Shown: positions 31,311 to 41,684, numbered from the stretch's first letter. The stretch is DNA of 64,000 nt from Verrucomicrobiota bacterium (GCA_045046875.1 JASFYY010000037.1:96509-160508); one strand, 5' to 3'. Numbers and translations: made by a program. Notes: generated from the sequence alone by a model not told the origin.

Positions 31311-32583
31311 AGCGTAACACGTCTGCTGGATCTTTTTGAGCTGCCATTAATGAAGGCAACCAGGCGGACACCGCCGCCAAAACGGGAGCCGCGAGCAAAA
31401 GCCATGCACACTCGCTCACGCTGATCACCTCGGCCAAAGTGATGCCATGGAAAAAACGTTCCTTCAGCAAAGGATAAATCACGGCAAAAAACACCGCCCC
31501 CAGCGAAGCCCCCAACAAACCCGCCACCACCGCTCTGGAAAGAAAAGCCGTCAGAATAATTTTCGAACTCACCCCGATCGCTCGCAACACCCCGATCTCC
31601 GTCACCCGCTCACGCACATTCATAAACGCCAACATCGCAATCCAAGCCATCGCAAACAACAATACGATCGGCAGTAAAACACCCGCAAACCGTTCCCGCT
31701 CTGCACTCGCCTGTTTGCGGTGCTGCTTGGCCGTGGCAATTTGCTTTTGCGCCGTTGCTTTGGCCTTGGTCCGGGATTCCGCACGAGCCAAAGCCGTGCT
31801 TCCGGTTTCGGTGATTTGGGTGTTTGGCAAAATCTGCATCAACTCAGCCCGAATCTCTCCCAGGCGATCCAGCGTCGCGCAGTTGCATTCGAGCGCCTGG
31901 ATCGCATTGATCAGTCCCTTTTTACCTAACAACTCCTGACACTCAGTGAGGTTCATCCAAATCGTGATATCATCCTTACTGCCTCTTTCTGGATAAGCTT
32001 TGCTCAACTTGAACGACTTACCCTTGAACATCAACTCATCGCCCGGCTTCAAGCCCAAACTGCGGTGCAGTTCATAACCGAGCACCAACTCTCCTTTTTT
32101 CACCGGATCGATCAACGGTGATTTAGGGTCCCGATGCGCCAACGGCACTTCGCCGCGCACTCCGATCAAAATCACATTACGCTTTTTTTCCGGCCACTCC
32201 AGCTTCTGGGTCAGGCTGGGAAGCAAATGATTGACCGTCACAATTTTTGAGTTCGCTAGGATCGTCGCATACTCTTCAGGCATCGTCTTGGACGCATAAC
32301 CCTGGTCATAGACTTCACTCATATCCTGATCCTTGGGGAAAATGTAGATATTAAAACCCAGCCCCTTCATCGTTTTGCGGATATCATCCTCCAACTGCTT
32401 CATCTCCTTCTCAGTATCCGCTTCCATCTTGGCGATGAGCTCATCCGAGTTCAATTCGAAAGATCGCATCGCCGCTAAAGTTGCCAGCACACACACAACC
32501 GCCAACGCCGCGCCCAGCAAAGCGAGAAAAAAGTTCGTCTTGCGGTGAAAAATTTCCCGCAGTACCAATCGACTCAAATTCAT
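31303..32583 (-). CDS. FtsX/MacB/LolC-type ABC permease
   Basis: TM1, large periplasmic domain, then ERVTEIGVLRAIG and three further TMs. Confidence 0.88.
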   Translation of the reverse strand: MNLSRLVLREIFHRKTNFFLALLGAALAVVCVLATLAAMRSFELNSDELIAKMEADTEKEMKQLEDDIRKTMKGLGFNIYIFPKDQDMSEVYDQGYASKTMPEEYATILANSKIVTVNHLLPSLTQKLEWPEKKRNVILIGVRGEVPLAHRDPKSPLIDPVKKGELVLGYELHRSLGLKPGDELMFKGKSFKLSKAYPERGSKDDITIWMNLTECQELLGKKGLINAIQALECNCATLDRLGEIRAELMQILPNTQITETGSTALARAESRTKAKATAQKQIATAKQHRKQASAERERFAGVLLPIVLLFAMAWIAMLAFMNVRERVTEIGVLRAIGVSSKIILTAFLSRAVVAGLLGASLGAVFFAVIYPLLKERFFHGITLAEVISVSECAWLLLAAPVLAAVSAWLPSLMAAQKDPADVLRYD

Positions 32584-32584
32584 A

Positions 32585-33883
32585 TCAGTCGGCGTTCTTT
32601 TTGAGCATTACCGTTCCCGCACCGATCACCACGATCACTACACCGACAATCAATATCAAGGGCATCAACGGCATCCCTTGTTGTTCCGCTTGCTCGGCAT
32701 TTTGCTCAGAGGATTCGCCTGCTGTTCCGCCTTCAGCCTCTTGGCCGTCTTCACCTGCTTGACTACCCGCGCTTCCCCCGTCCTCAGCATCAGCCGCCTG
32801 CTCAGTCGTCACTTCCCCCAACACCGTCGCTCCGCCTTGCGGCGCTGCTGCAGCGTGACTGCCTTCCATCGAATGACTGCCCTTGTTTTTTGCCATCAAA
32901 GCCGCCGTGCCTTCCAAAGGTGGTAGCATTTTATCAATGATCACCTGACTGCCCTCCATCGCCGCGTCCCAATCCATTGCCACCAGCAAATCAATGCCCG
33001 GGTTCTGATCCTTCACCTCACAGGAACAAGCCCCCGTCAGATAAGCCGAATGCTCAATGACATTATCGTAATTAAGCCCCAGCCCGATCAAAGGCTCCAA
33101 AATCCGCCCACGACCAAAAACCGGAAACGCCATGGGTTCTTTGGAATACTCACCCAAGTCATCCTCCAGATTCAGCAACATCTGCAAAAACACTTCCTCC
33201 TCCACATCAAGCCGCGAGATCCTCAACACGGAAAAACCAATTTTCAGCGGCACATCCGATTGCAAAATATTCGCTTCATCCCCGGGACGCATCTCTTTCT
33301 GTTTCTCAGTATCATTTTTTCCCACCACTCCGTCAGGCAAAGTCAGTTTTTTCGAGGCTTTGGCAGCATGCTCAATCAAAGCCTTTTCCGCAGCATCATC
33401 CTTTTTAGGGTCGCCACTTTCCACTAACAACCATGTAGCCGACTCGCCAGTTAAAATCCGCTTGACCAATTCTTTCCGCAATGGCGATTGCACTATCTTA
33501 CCAGCGTTCTCTATCGTCGCGTCCCCGCTCCAAATAGGCTTGGTCAAAAAACCACGCATTTTGCCCGGATAAAAAAGATCCAACCGAGCCACACTGCTGT
33601 TATTCTCTCCTTCAGCATCCACCTTGACCGTTATATTGGCAGGAAAATCCTGATCGAGTGCGGCATCGCGCAAAGCTTTTAACGCCGCCTCTTCCGCAGG
33701 TTTCAACCCACCTTGAGCCGGCACACAAATCAACTCGTAAGCATCCGCCGGCCAGCGCTCCAAGGCATAGCGGAAAACCGGAACCTGACAGGCCAACAAA
33801 ATTCCCCCGGCGGTTAAGCTCAAAAGCAAAACCAGAGTGAAAAGCCTCTGGGGTGGAGTGATTGAACGGGGGGATATCTTCAT
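32585..33883 (-). CDS. Uncharacterised exported protein with Cys motifs and C-terminal membrane anchor
   Basis: Signal peptide then CQVPVFRYALERW; GACSCEVK; low-complexity linker; C-terminal TM followed by KK. Confidence 0.75.
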   Translation of the reverse strand: MKISPRSITPPQRLFTLVLLLSLTAGGILLACQVPVFRYALERWPADAYELICVPAQGGLKPAEEAALKALRDAALDQDFPANITVKVDAEGENNSSVARLDLFYPGKMRGFLTKPIWSGDATIENAGKIVQSPLRKELVKRILTGESATWLLVESGDPKKDDAAEKALIEHAAKASKKLTLPDGVVGKNDTEKQKEMRPGDEANILQSDVPLKIGFSVLRISRLDVEEEVFLQMLLNLEDDLGEYSKEPMAFPVFGRGRILEPLIGLGLNYDNVIEHSAYLTGACSCEVKDQNPGIDLLVAMDWDAAMEGSQVIIDKMLPPLEGTAALMAKNKGSHSMEGSHAAAAPQGGATVLGEVTTEQAADAEDGGSAGSQAGEDGQEAEGGTAGESSEQNAEQAEQQGMPLMPLILIVGVVIVVIGAGTVMLKKNAD

Positions 33884-34179
33884 AACAAACGCTGCGTGCT
33901 AATCTGACACCCTACCGGCTCAAGTTCAAGCGCACTTTGCAGAGAAATCTGACGCGTTCCTCCCAGTGAACCTTACTCGATTTTTCACCCAACTTCACAC
34001 CTTTCACTGAAAGAACTAACTATGCGAGGCCGCGATCGCTCTATCGATGTCCAAATCCCCCCTCCACCCACACTCGAGTGAGAACAGTGAAAATTAAAAA
34101 AAATCTATTTTTACTCACACTACATGACAAAAATATTCCAACCACAACCGGAATGCAGTGTAGATAGACGGAGTCAAAT

Positions 34180-34263
34180 TGCACTGATTATCACTGATAG
34201 AGAGGAAGCAGTAAGTTGAGAAAATATTATAACATCAGTGTTTCCTAGTGCCCATCAGTGGTT
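34180..34263. repeat. Imperfect inverted repeat (CACTGAT/ATCAGTG REP-like family)
   Basis: GCACTGATTATCACTGAT … ATCAGTGTTTCCTAGTGCCCATCAGTGG in an AT-rich intergenic gap. Confidence 0.45.
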
Positions 34264-34312
34264 AAATCCTTCAATTTTAAAAAATGTAGTATGCTTTTTT
34301 CTACATCACCCC

Positions 34313-35887
34313 TCACTTCGGGAAAATAGGAGTGAAATTCCACAACTGATTCAACAAACCCTTCGGCTGAGCCACCGCATCCTGTAGTTTCCCCTTGTAG
34401 ATCACCCGAATCACATAACCCAAATCCCGTTCAGGCTGAACCGCCCCCCCTTCCATCCGCGGCGGCAAATCATACAAAAACTCCATCACCTCAGCCTGCT
34501 CAATCGTCCAGTCAGGCAGAATCGAGATCCAATTCACATCCGGCGCCCCCGATTGGATCAAATGAACCCTCTCCGCATCCGCCAGATCAAAAAAGAACAC
34601 TTGGATCTCCACTTGGGAGGGGTCTATTTTTTCGCCTTCCTTTTTCTTTGTGACCTTCTCCTTTTCCTTGTCCTCCTCTTCACTACCACTTTTTTTGCCG
34701 CCTAGTTTCGCCCTCCTGCGCTCAATCGGCAAAACCAGACGCAGACGCCGTGTCTCCTTTTTCTCCCGCGCCGCCTCGCCTCCCTCCAAATCAATTTGCA
34801 GCGACAAATCCACTTCTCCAACCTGCAACAGCGCCTGACTGCTTTTTTCCTGGCTTTCACGCCTTTTGATCTCCGCCTCAATGAATTCCACATAACGTTT
34901 CACCCCCTCGGCCACCAACTTGGCGACCTTGGCCACATCCAACTCACGCCCCAACTCAAGCTGGATCACCGGATAGTGCGCCGCCTGCAGTGCCCGACTG
35001 CGACCAAAACGAATACCCGCATCCTTTGCCCCGGCACCCGCGACAATCTGCCCTTGAATCAGGGTCGCCAACGCCAGGTTCTCCGCATCAAACAAATTAC
35101 CCGCATAAACCGTCTGCTCACCTTTCGAAATCGAATTACCCACATGCACCGGCGCCCCCGCCGAAGCAAGGATCACCGAACGCACCTCGTCTTTGGACAA
35201 CCCCTTCGCCCCAGCCACCACCCGTAACATCAGCGAGCCTCCCACCCCTCCGGAATGGCGTTCTTTCATCGCCACCGGTTGTCCCGGCAATGTCACTCCC
35301 CACGGCCCCGACGCCGTTCCCACTCGCACCTGCACATTTTCGATCCGCAAATGCTCACGCAACAGCTCGATCAATACATCCGCATTGGCCACTCCTTCTC
35401 CCGAAGCATTTTCAATCAAAATATGCCTTACCGAACTCGGCTGCATGTGACTGGTCGGTCTGAAAATCAAATCCATCACCCCGCGCAGATCCGCTACCGA
35501 AACAATCGCCGTCCTGCCCTTGCCCTCAATCGGATACTGCAATTCATAGCGCAGCCCGTTGATTTTAAACTCCCGGCTGCCCAATTTCGCTTTCAGTACC
35601 ACCGCAGAGCTATACAGCAAAACCTGCCCGCTACGCACTTCCGTTTTACGAAAACCGTACATCTTGGCCACGTTCTCCACCGTCACATAAGGCCGGTAGT
35701 GCCTCATCACCACCCCCCACTTCGCCGTTTGATCCGCCCCCTGCGCCAGAACCGCCGCCCAACAGAAAATCAGCAGCCCTAAAAGGCCGCTTTTACGCAG
35801 GCCCAAACCAGGCCTGACACTCTTTTGGATTTCATCAAATCGAATCATCAAAGTCCATTCTACGCAGAACTTGCCTAGAACACACAA
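34313..35887 (-). CDS. Exported protein with degenerate N-acetylmuramoyl-L-alanine amidase (Amidase_3-like) domain and extra C-terminal domain
   Basis: Spacing resembles Amidase_3 (GNLFDAENLALATLIQ, DAGIRFGR, PVIQLELG) but Zn-ligand His residues are absent; true start probably downstream of 35887. Confidence 0.55.
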   Translation of the reverse strand: MCVLGKFCVEWTLMIRFDEIQKSVRPGLGLRKSGLLGLLIFCWAAVLAQGADQTAKWGVVMRHYRPYVTVENVAKMYGFRKTEVRSGQVLLYSSAVVLKAKLGSREFKINGLRYELQYPIEGKGRTAIVSVADLRGVMDLIFRPTSHMQPSSVRHILIENASGEGVANADVLIELLREHLRIENVQVRVGTASGPWGVTLPGQPVAMKERHSGGVGGSLMLRVVAGAKGLSKDEVRSVILASAGAPVHVGNSISKGEQTVYAGNLFDAENLALATLIQGQIVAGAGAKDAGIRFGRSRALQAAHYPVIQLELGRELDVAKVAKLVAEGVKRYVEFIEAEIKRRESQEKSSQALLQVGEVDLSLQIDLEGGEAAREKKETRRLRLVLPIERRRAKLGGKKSGSEEEDKEKEKVTKKKEGEKIDPSQVEIQVFFFDLADAERVHLIQSGAPDVNWISILPDWTIEQAEVMEFLYDLPPRMEGGAVQPERDLGYVIRVIYKGKLQDAVAQPKGLLNQLWNFTPIFPK

Positions 35888-35890
35888 TTA

Positions 35891-36988
35891 ATGCAAGAAA
35901 ATCCTAGACTAGCCCCTTGCTCCTTAGTAGCATTCCGCGTGAAAAACATCACCGAAATGCTCAAAGCCAATCGCTCGGATGACCTTGCTCAACAGCAGGC
36001 CGTCGTTACCGAGCTGTTTCCCGCCGAGCTGCTGGGTGATGACCTGGCGGGGATCGAAACCGCCATCGCCGATCAGGCTGAAGCTTTCGACCCTGCCGTT
36101 GCGCCGTATATTTCCTACATCTGCAATACCAAAGGCAAACGCATCCGTCCGGTGCTGACCTTTTTATCCGGGGGAGCCACCGGCGGCAATACCGAAGCTC
36201 ACACCAAGCTCGCCACTACTTTAGAGCTGATCCACATGGCCACCCTCGTCCATGACGACATCATCGACGAAGCCGAAATCCGTCGCCAGGCCCCCACTGC
36301 CAACGCCAAATGGGGAGCATCGCTCAGCGTTTTGCTTGGAGACAGCCTATTTGCGCAAGCCCTGCTGCTTTCCACCGAATTTAACGACGCTTCCATCGGT
36401 CGCTCCATCGCCCAGTCCACCAAGGACGTCTGCACCGGAGAGATCATCCAGACCCAACGCCGCTTTGACTTCCAACTTTCCCGCGAAGATTATTTCGAAA
36501 TCATCCGCTTGAAAACCGCCGCCCTTTTTGCCTCCGCGATGGAACTCGGAGCAAGGCTCAATAATCAAAGTGAAGCCGTGCAAGAGCAATTGCGTGATTA
36601 CGGCATGAAAATCGGCACCGCTTATCAGATTTACGACGACTGCCTCGACCTCACCGGGGACGAGGCCACTGTGGGCAAAACCCTGCGCACCGACCTCAAC
36701 AAAGGCAAGCTCACCTTACCTATTCTCAACCTGATCGATCAAGCCTCATCCGCACAACGAGCCAAGCTCAACAAATTGCTGATCCAAAAAGAAGCCATCG
36801 ACATCTCCACCCTAGGCAGCATCGCCGACTACGAAGGCTCAATCGAGTCCGCCGTGCAAACCGCCAAAGATCTCGTCAACGAAGCCCGCGAGTGCCTCGA
36901 ATGCCTTGAAGACAACGACTACACCGACGCCCTCGGCCAAATCACCCTCTACCTCGACGGCCTGCTCGACAGCTGCTGCGAAGGCTGA
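35891..36988 (+). CDS. Polyprenyl diphosphate synthase (IspB/HepT-like)
   Basis: GKRIRP, LVHDDIID (FARM), YQIYDDCLD (SARM); start uncertain. Confidence 0.92.
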   Translation: MQENPRLAPCSLVAFRVKNITEMLKANRSDDLAQQQAVVTELFPAELLGDDLAGIETAIADQAEAFDPAVAPYISYICNTKGKRIRPVLTFLSGGATGGNTEAHTKLATTLELIHMATLVHDDIIDEAEIRRQAPTANAKWGASLSVLLGDSLFAQALLLSTEFNDASIGRSIAQSTKDVCTGEIIQTQRRFDFQLSREDYFEIIRLKTAALFASAMELGARLNNQSEAVQEQLRDYGMKIGTAYQIYDDCLDLTGDEATVGKTLRTDLNKGKLTLPILNLIDQASSAQRAKLNKLLIQKEAIDISTLGSIADYEGSIESAVQTAKDLVNEARECLECLEDNDYTDALGQITLYLDGLLDSCCEG

Positions 36989-37030
36989 AACGCCCCCCGC
37001 CACCCCCAAATCGTAAAACAAGAACAAATT

Positions 37031-37053
37031 TAAATGGGGTCTGACCTCATTTA
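37031..37053. repeat. REP-like palindrome (GGGGTCTGACCCC family)
   Basis: TAAATGGGGTC-T-GACCTCATTTA. Confidence 0.6.
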
Positions 37054-37124
37054 CTTCATTTAAATCCTTGTGCCTCCCACAATTCAACCCGCCGCCCGAC
37101 ACAAGAATAATACTTCAATAGGCC

Positions 37125-37164
37125 TGACCCATTCTATGCCGACTTGACCCATTCTATGCCGACT
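37125..37164 (+). repeat. Perfect 20-bp tandem duplication
   Basis: TGACCCATTCTATGCCGACT x2. Confidence 0.9.
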
Positions 37165-37278
37165 CCGTTGATACCGTCCCAATCCTTTCTTATCTTATCC
37201 GCGCCCATCCCACGAAATCCTCGGTAAAAAAAACTCAAGCTCGGAACTAATCGTTTAATTCGCCTTTATCAGCGGTTC

Positions 37279-39510
37279 TCATTTCCCCCGCACATCGAGC
37301 TCCTCAAAGCCCAGTAGCCTGAACACCTGCTGCTCTCCCACCCGGAAATCATCCGCTCCCGGATCCTTTAAGCTCGGATCCAGCACCATACTGCCACGCT
37401 CCACCCCCCGTGCCCTCTGCTCGCGCAAAAATTCCTCCGCCCAATTTTTATCCGCGGAGTTGAAATACAAGTTATAATCCGATTGGCACGAACTCAAAGA
37501 AGCCGGCGCTTGCACTCGTCCTCCACGCTTCCAGCCCTTTTGATGTTCATACAAAATCACCTGCCCCGCCTCCCGCGATACAAATATATTGCGCTGCACC
37601 CGTGATCCTTTCACCGGCGCCCCGCTGAAAACCAGATATCCCCGCTGATGAATCACCGGCTTCCCCTCCGGAGTCCCCGATCTCAAATCATAAATGATAT
37701 TATTGAGAATATCATTTCTCCCTTTGCTTATAATCCCCTCCCCACACACCCGAGCGATCACATTTTTTTCGATCACCACCCCATGCTGGTCATCATCACA
37801 GCGAATCGCCGCATTCATATTCGCCGTTATCACATCATGAATAAAATTATGCCTTACCCGGTTGCCCTTACCCGTGCCTGACACATAAATCGCATTACCG
37901 TCCCCCATCACTTCCATGCAATGCGAAATATCATTGTAGGCAATCATATTAAAACGCCCATGCATCAACGGCTCTCGCTTCAACCAACTGCGTTCCTCAC
38001 CCTCCAGTAACAAATTCAACTCATCCCAGCGCACTGTGCGACTCGACTCCTTACGCCCTTCTCGATCCAGTTGAGTCCGTCCGCTCACCACGATCGCCGT
38101 ATAGGGCACATGATGAATCCGATTTCGCACGACCTGGTTCATCCCGCTTTGCCAAATGAAAATCGCCGGAGAATGTTTCCATACGCGCCCAATATGATGC
38201 ATTTCATTATCAGCAATCACATTAGCCTTATTAACGTCCTTCATCCCCAATCCATAACCCGCCATCAACACCCCCACCCCTCCAAGTTGGGAAAACTCAC
38301 AGCGCCTTACTTCATTACGCTGACAGTGCAAATCCAAGCGAATCCCAGCCGCTCCACTGTCCACAAAACGACACTGGGTAAAGCTGCAATCCTCCGCACC
38401 TCGCAGACGAACCATCGCCGAAGCTTGATCATGCATTTCCCAATCATGCTGCAAGCCCCTACCGGACTTACTCGCACCCCAGGCAAAAGCATTGGTCTGG
38501 GTAAAAGCCAAACGATGAAAACTCAATCCCTTCACCGGTCGGTCCCGTAAGTCCGTCTCATCAACTTCCCCCTCAATCAGTATCAACTGCGTCACCCGCC
38601 CCGCCATCACCTGCTTGCCCGGCTTCCCCCCTTCTATCGGCCACAAATACAGCTTCCCTTTTTTCACATCGTGAACCCATTCACCAGGTTCATCCAACAC
38701 CGCCAACACATTCTCCACCCACAAACTTCCCTCAGGAAAATAAGCGGCAGGCGGCGGCACCATTGCATAGGTCGCCGGCTCTCTCGTTTTGATCAATCCG
38801 CTTTCACCATCCACACTCTCCACCGACAGCCGATTCATAACCCATGGGTATTTGGGCACCAACTCGATCTCAGCCCCAGCAAGATTCCCCAGCTTGTTCA
38901 CCCAAGCCTTAGACAAATACAAATGCCGCTGATCAATCGCCCGCCGAAAACGATACGGCACATCAGCGGGAGGTTTGGCCAATGACTGCATCCCCTCACT
39001 GCGCGCTCGAGGCAGCATTTCCCTTCCATCAAACAGGGTCCGTATCTGCACCCATCCCTGCGGCACATCCATCTGCCAGACATTCGCCATCTCACTCTGC
39101 CTCCATTCCCCCGGCAAGGGACTTGCCCCACTCAACACGGCATTCTCTCCTGGATAACTCGCATACACCACCCGCGATCCGGCGCCTGCACTGTCTTGTA
39201 GAGAAAATACCACCGTTCTCTCCATGTGATAAGTCCCCCCACGCAGCCACACCCGGATTTCTTTCCCCTGGCCTCTGTTCACCTGCCGCACCGCATCTCT
39301 AGCCCGCTGCAAAGTAGCAAAAGGAGCCGACTCACTGCCCGCCTGCTGATCATCACCATTCACCGCAACAAAAAACTCCACCTTCTCTGCTGCCGATACC
39401 TGCCACCCGACGCCCATCATCAGGCAGCCACCGAGCAGACTCAAAAAACATCTCCCCCCTTTTCGCCCCCCCTGGCCGATCTCTTTAAACCATGAAACCA
39501 TATCCGTCAC
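37279..39510 (-). CDS. Secreted right-handed parallel beta-helix protein (GH141-like glycoside hydrolase)
   Basis: FFVAVNGDD…PFATLQRARDAVR, LRGGTY, LDEPGEW, beta-helix repeats, DGNAIY. Confidence 0.78.
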   Translation of the reverse strand: MTDMVSWFKEIGQGGRKGGRCFLSLLGGCLMMGVGWQVSAAEKVEFFVAVNGDDQQAGSESAPFATLQRARDAVRQVNRGQGKEIRVWLRGGTYHMERTVVFSLQDSAGAGSRVVYASYPGENAVLSGASPLPGEWRQSEMANVWQMDVPQGWVQIRTLFDGREMLPRARSEGMQSLAKPPADVPYRFRRAIDQRHLYLSKAWVNKLGNLAGAEIELVPKYPWVMNRLSVESVDGESGLIKTREPATYAMVPPPAAYFPEGSLWVENVLAVLDEPGEWVHDVKKGKLYLWPIEGGKPGKQVMAGRVTQLILIEGEVDETDLRDRPVKGLSFHRLAFTQTNAFAWGASKSGRGLQHDWEMHDQASAMVRLRGAEDCSFTQCRFVDSGAAGIRLDLHCQRNEVRRCEFSQLGGVGVLMAGYGLGMKDVNKANVIADNEMHHIGRVWKHSPAIFIWQSGMNQVVRNRIHHVPYTAIVVSGRTQLDREGRKESSRTVRWDELNLLLEGEERSWLKREPLMHGRFNMIAYNDISHCMEVMGDGNAIYVSGTGKGNRVRHNFIHDVITANMNAAIRCDDDQHGVVIEKNVIARVCGEGIISKGRNDILNNIIYDLRSGTPEGKPVIHQRGYLVFSGAPVKGSRVQRNIFVSREAGQVILYEHQKGWKRGGRVQAPASLSSCQSDYNLYFNSADKNWAEEFLREQRARGVERGSMVLDPSLKDPGADDFRVGEQQVFRLLGFEELDVRGK

Positions 39511-39562
39511 AATAAGCTAAACTCATTGCCGATCAGCCAAAAAAATGCCACCTTGCCCCATT

Positions 39563-40528
39563 ATGAAATCCACCCCTCAAGAATCCAACCTTTCAGCCCT
39601 CGGCCGCCGCGACCTTTTACTCTCAGCCGGAGCCATCGTCGGTGGCCTGGCCTGCGCCACAGCTCCCAGCCTACAGGCACAAAAAAAGCCTTCCACCAAG
39701 CCCTTCACCTATTGCCTCAATACCAGCACCATTCGTGGGCAGGAACTCACTATCGAAGAGGAAATTGACGTCGCCGCCAAAGCTGGTTATGACGCCATCG
39801 AACCCTGGTTCCGCAAAATCAATCCCTACATTGAAAAAGGCGGCTCACTGAAAGATCTGCGCAAACGCATCGACGATCACGGCCTGCAAGTGCCCAGCTC
39901 AATCGGGTTTGCCAAATGGATCGTCGACGACGACAAAGTTCGCGCCGCCGGCCTCGAAGAAGCCAAACGCGACATGGACACCATCGCCCAACTCGGCGGC
40001 ACACGTCTCGCAGCTCCTCCCGTGGGCGCCACCAAAGAAGCCGGCCTCGACTTACACCGTGCCGGCGAGCGCTACCGCGCCCTGTTGGAACTCGGTGACA
40101 AAATGGGTATCGTGCCCCAGGTCGAAGTCTGGGGATTTTCCAAAAACCTCTACCGCCTGTGTGACTCCGCATCCGTCGCCATCGCCGCCGACCACCCCAA
40201 AGCCTGCGTGCTCAGTGACGTTTACCATCTCTATAAAGGCGGCTCAGCCTTCGAAGGCTTGCGCCAACTCGGCCCTCAATGCCTGCAAGTCATCCACATG
40301 AATGACTACCCCGATATCCCACGTAATAAAATCGGCGATGCCGACCGGGTCTTCACCGGCGACGGCATCGCCCCTCTCGGCCAGGTCTTTGATATCTTCT
40401 CCGCCGTCGGCGCCCACCCTGTACTCTCCCTCGAACTTTTCAACCGTGACTACTGGAAAATGGACGCCTACAAATGCGCCAAAATGGGACTCGACAAATT
40501 AAAAGCCAGCGTAGCCAAATACACTTAA
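39563..40528 (+). CDS. Tat-exported sugar phosphate isomerase/epimerase (AP endonuclease 2 TIM barrel)
   Basis: GRRDLL Tat motif; AGYDAIEPW, DVYH, IHMND, SLELF. Confidence 0.88.
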   Translation: MKSTPQESNLSALGRRDLLLSAGAIVGGLACATAPSLQAQKKPSTKPFTYCLNTSTIRGQELTIEEEIDVAAKAGYDAIEPWFRKINPYIEKGGSLKDLRKRIDDHGLQVPSSIGFAKWIVDDDKVRAAGLEEAKRDMDTIAQLGGTRLAAPPVGATKEAGLDLHRAGERYRALLELGDKMGIVPQVEVWGFSKNLYRLCDSASVAIAADHPKACVLSDVYHLYKGGSAFEGLRQLGPQCLQVIHMNDYPDIPRNKIGDADRVFTGDGIAPLGQVFDIFSAVGAHPVLSLELFNRDYWKMDAYKCAKMGLDKLKASVAKYT

Positions 40529-40535
40529 TTAGTCC

Positions 40536-41684
40536 TCACACCCTCGGCGTGATCCGTCTCTTAGCGATCCCCTGAAACCTCGCTTTGCCAGAGATATCTC
40601 CCTGGCGAAAAATATTAAGCAAAATCCCTATCCCCGCCATCACCGCCATCAAAGCCGATCCGCCATAAGAAATAAACGGCAAGGGCAAACCTGTGTTAGG
40701 CAGAACCGAAGTCGTCACCCCGATATTCACCACCGCCTGCAAACTGATAAAACTCACAATGCCAACTCCCAGCATCGTGCCAAAACGATCACGTGCGTGA
40801 AAGGCAATGGTCAGCCCCGCCACAGAGATCAATAAAAAAGCAAACACCACCGCCAAGGTCACCCTCAAACCCAGCTCCTCCCCGATCATCGGAAAAATAA
40901 AATCCGTATGAGCAAAAGGCATGTACAACATCTTTAATCTGCCCGACCCCAGCCCCATACCTTCCACGCCCCCCGAACCCAAAGCCATCAAAGCCATCCA
41001 CTGCTGCAAGCCCACCCCCGAGCGATGCAAGTCCGGATGTAAAAAGGCCGTCAATCGTTCCATTTTATCCGGACGCTCTAAAACCATCAAAGTGAATGCT
41101 CCTACCGCAAGCGCACTGCTCATCGCCAGGTATTTCCAATCCGTCCCCCCCACAAACATCAACACAAAAACCACCGCAGAAAGAATCACCGTGGTTCCCA
41201 AATCCACCTCGAATAAAACCAAAGCCACCATCAGGCCCGAGATCAATCCCGGGAACAACAGCCCGGATCTGAACGGTTTGCCCTCATCAAAATAACGCGC
41301 AAACCAGTGCGCCATTACCACCACCATCGCCAGTTTTGCCAACTCGGAAGGCTGCAAGCTGAACACCCCGGCGATATTGATCCAACGACTTTCACCATTA
41401 AGCGTCTGCCCGACTCCCGGCACAAAACACAAGGCCAGCAACAGAATGCAAATCCCATAAATCAACCACACCATCTTCTGCAACAGATGATAATCAATGT
41501 TAGCCATCATCATGCAGACCATGCCACCAAGAACCACCCACACCAGCTGGCGCTTGACATCGTAATAGACATCCTCACTGGGCACATCGATACCAAACAC
41601 ACTCGTGCTCACTAACATAACGACGCCGACCCCCAGCAGAAAAACCACCGCAGCCATCATCACCTGTGCACTCCACTTAGTCAT
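40536..41684 (-). CDS. ftsW: SEDS peptidoglycan glycosyltransferase FtsW
   Basis: RWI…QPSELAK, HTDFIF, GEELG, LPFISYGGS; dcw context. Confidence 0.93.
   Translation of the reverse strand: MTKWSAQVMMAAVVFLLGVGVVMLVSTSVFGIDVPSEDVYYDVKRQLVWVVLGGMVCMMMANIDYHLLQKMVWLIYGICILLLALCFVPGVGQTLNGESRWINIAGVFSLQPSELAKLAMVVVMAHWFARYFDEGKPFRSGLLFPGLISGLMVALVLFEVDLGTTVILSAVVFVLMFVGGTDWKYLAMSSALAVGAFTLMVLERPDKMERLTAFLHPDLHRSGVGLQQWMALMALGSGGVEGMGLGSGRLKMLYMPFAHTDFIFPMIGEELGLRVTLAVVFAFLLISVAGLTIAFHARDRFGTMLGVGIVSFISLQAVVNIGVTTSVLPNTGLPLPFISYGGSALMAVMAGIGILLNIFRQGDISGKARFQGIAKRRITPRV

Noticed and set aside
33884..34312. tRNA, known riboswitch or replication origin in the long intergenic gaps (also 37000-37270 and 51420-51820)
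   Set aside because: No cloverleaf/T-loop, DnaA-box cluster or recognisable riboswitch consensus seen by eye; an Rfam scan is needed to exclude these fully
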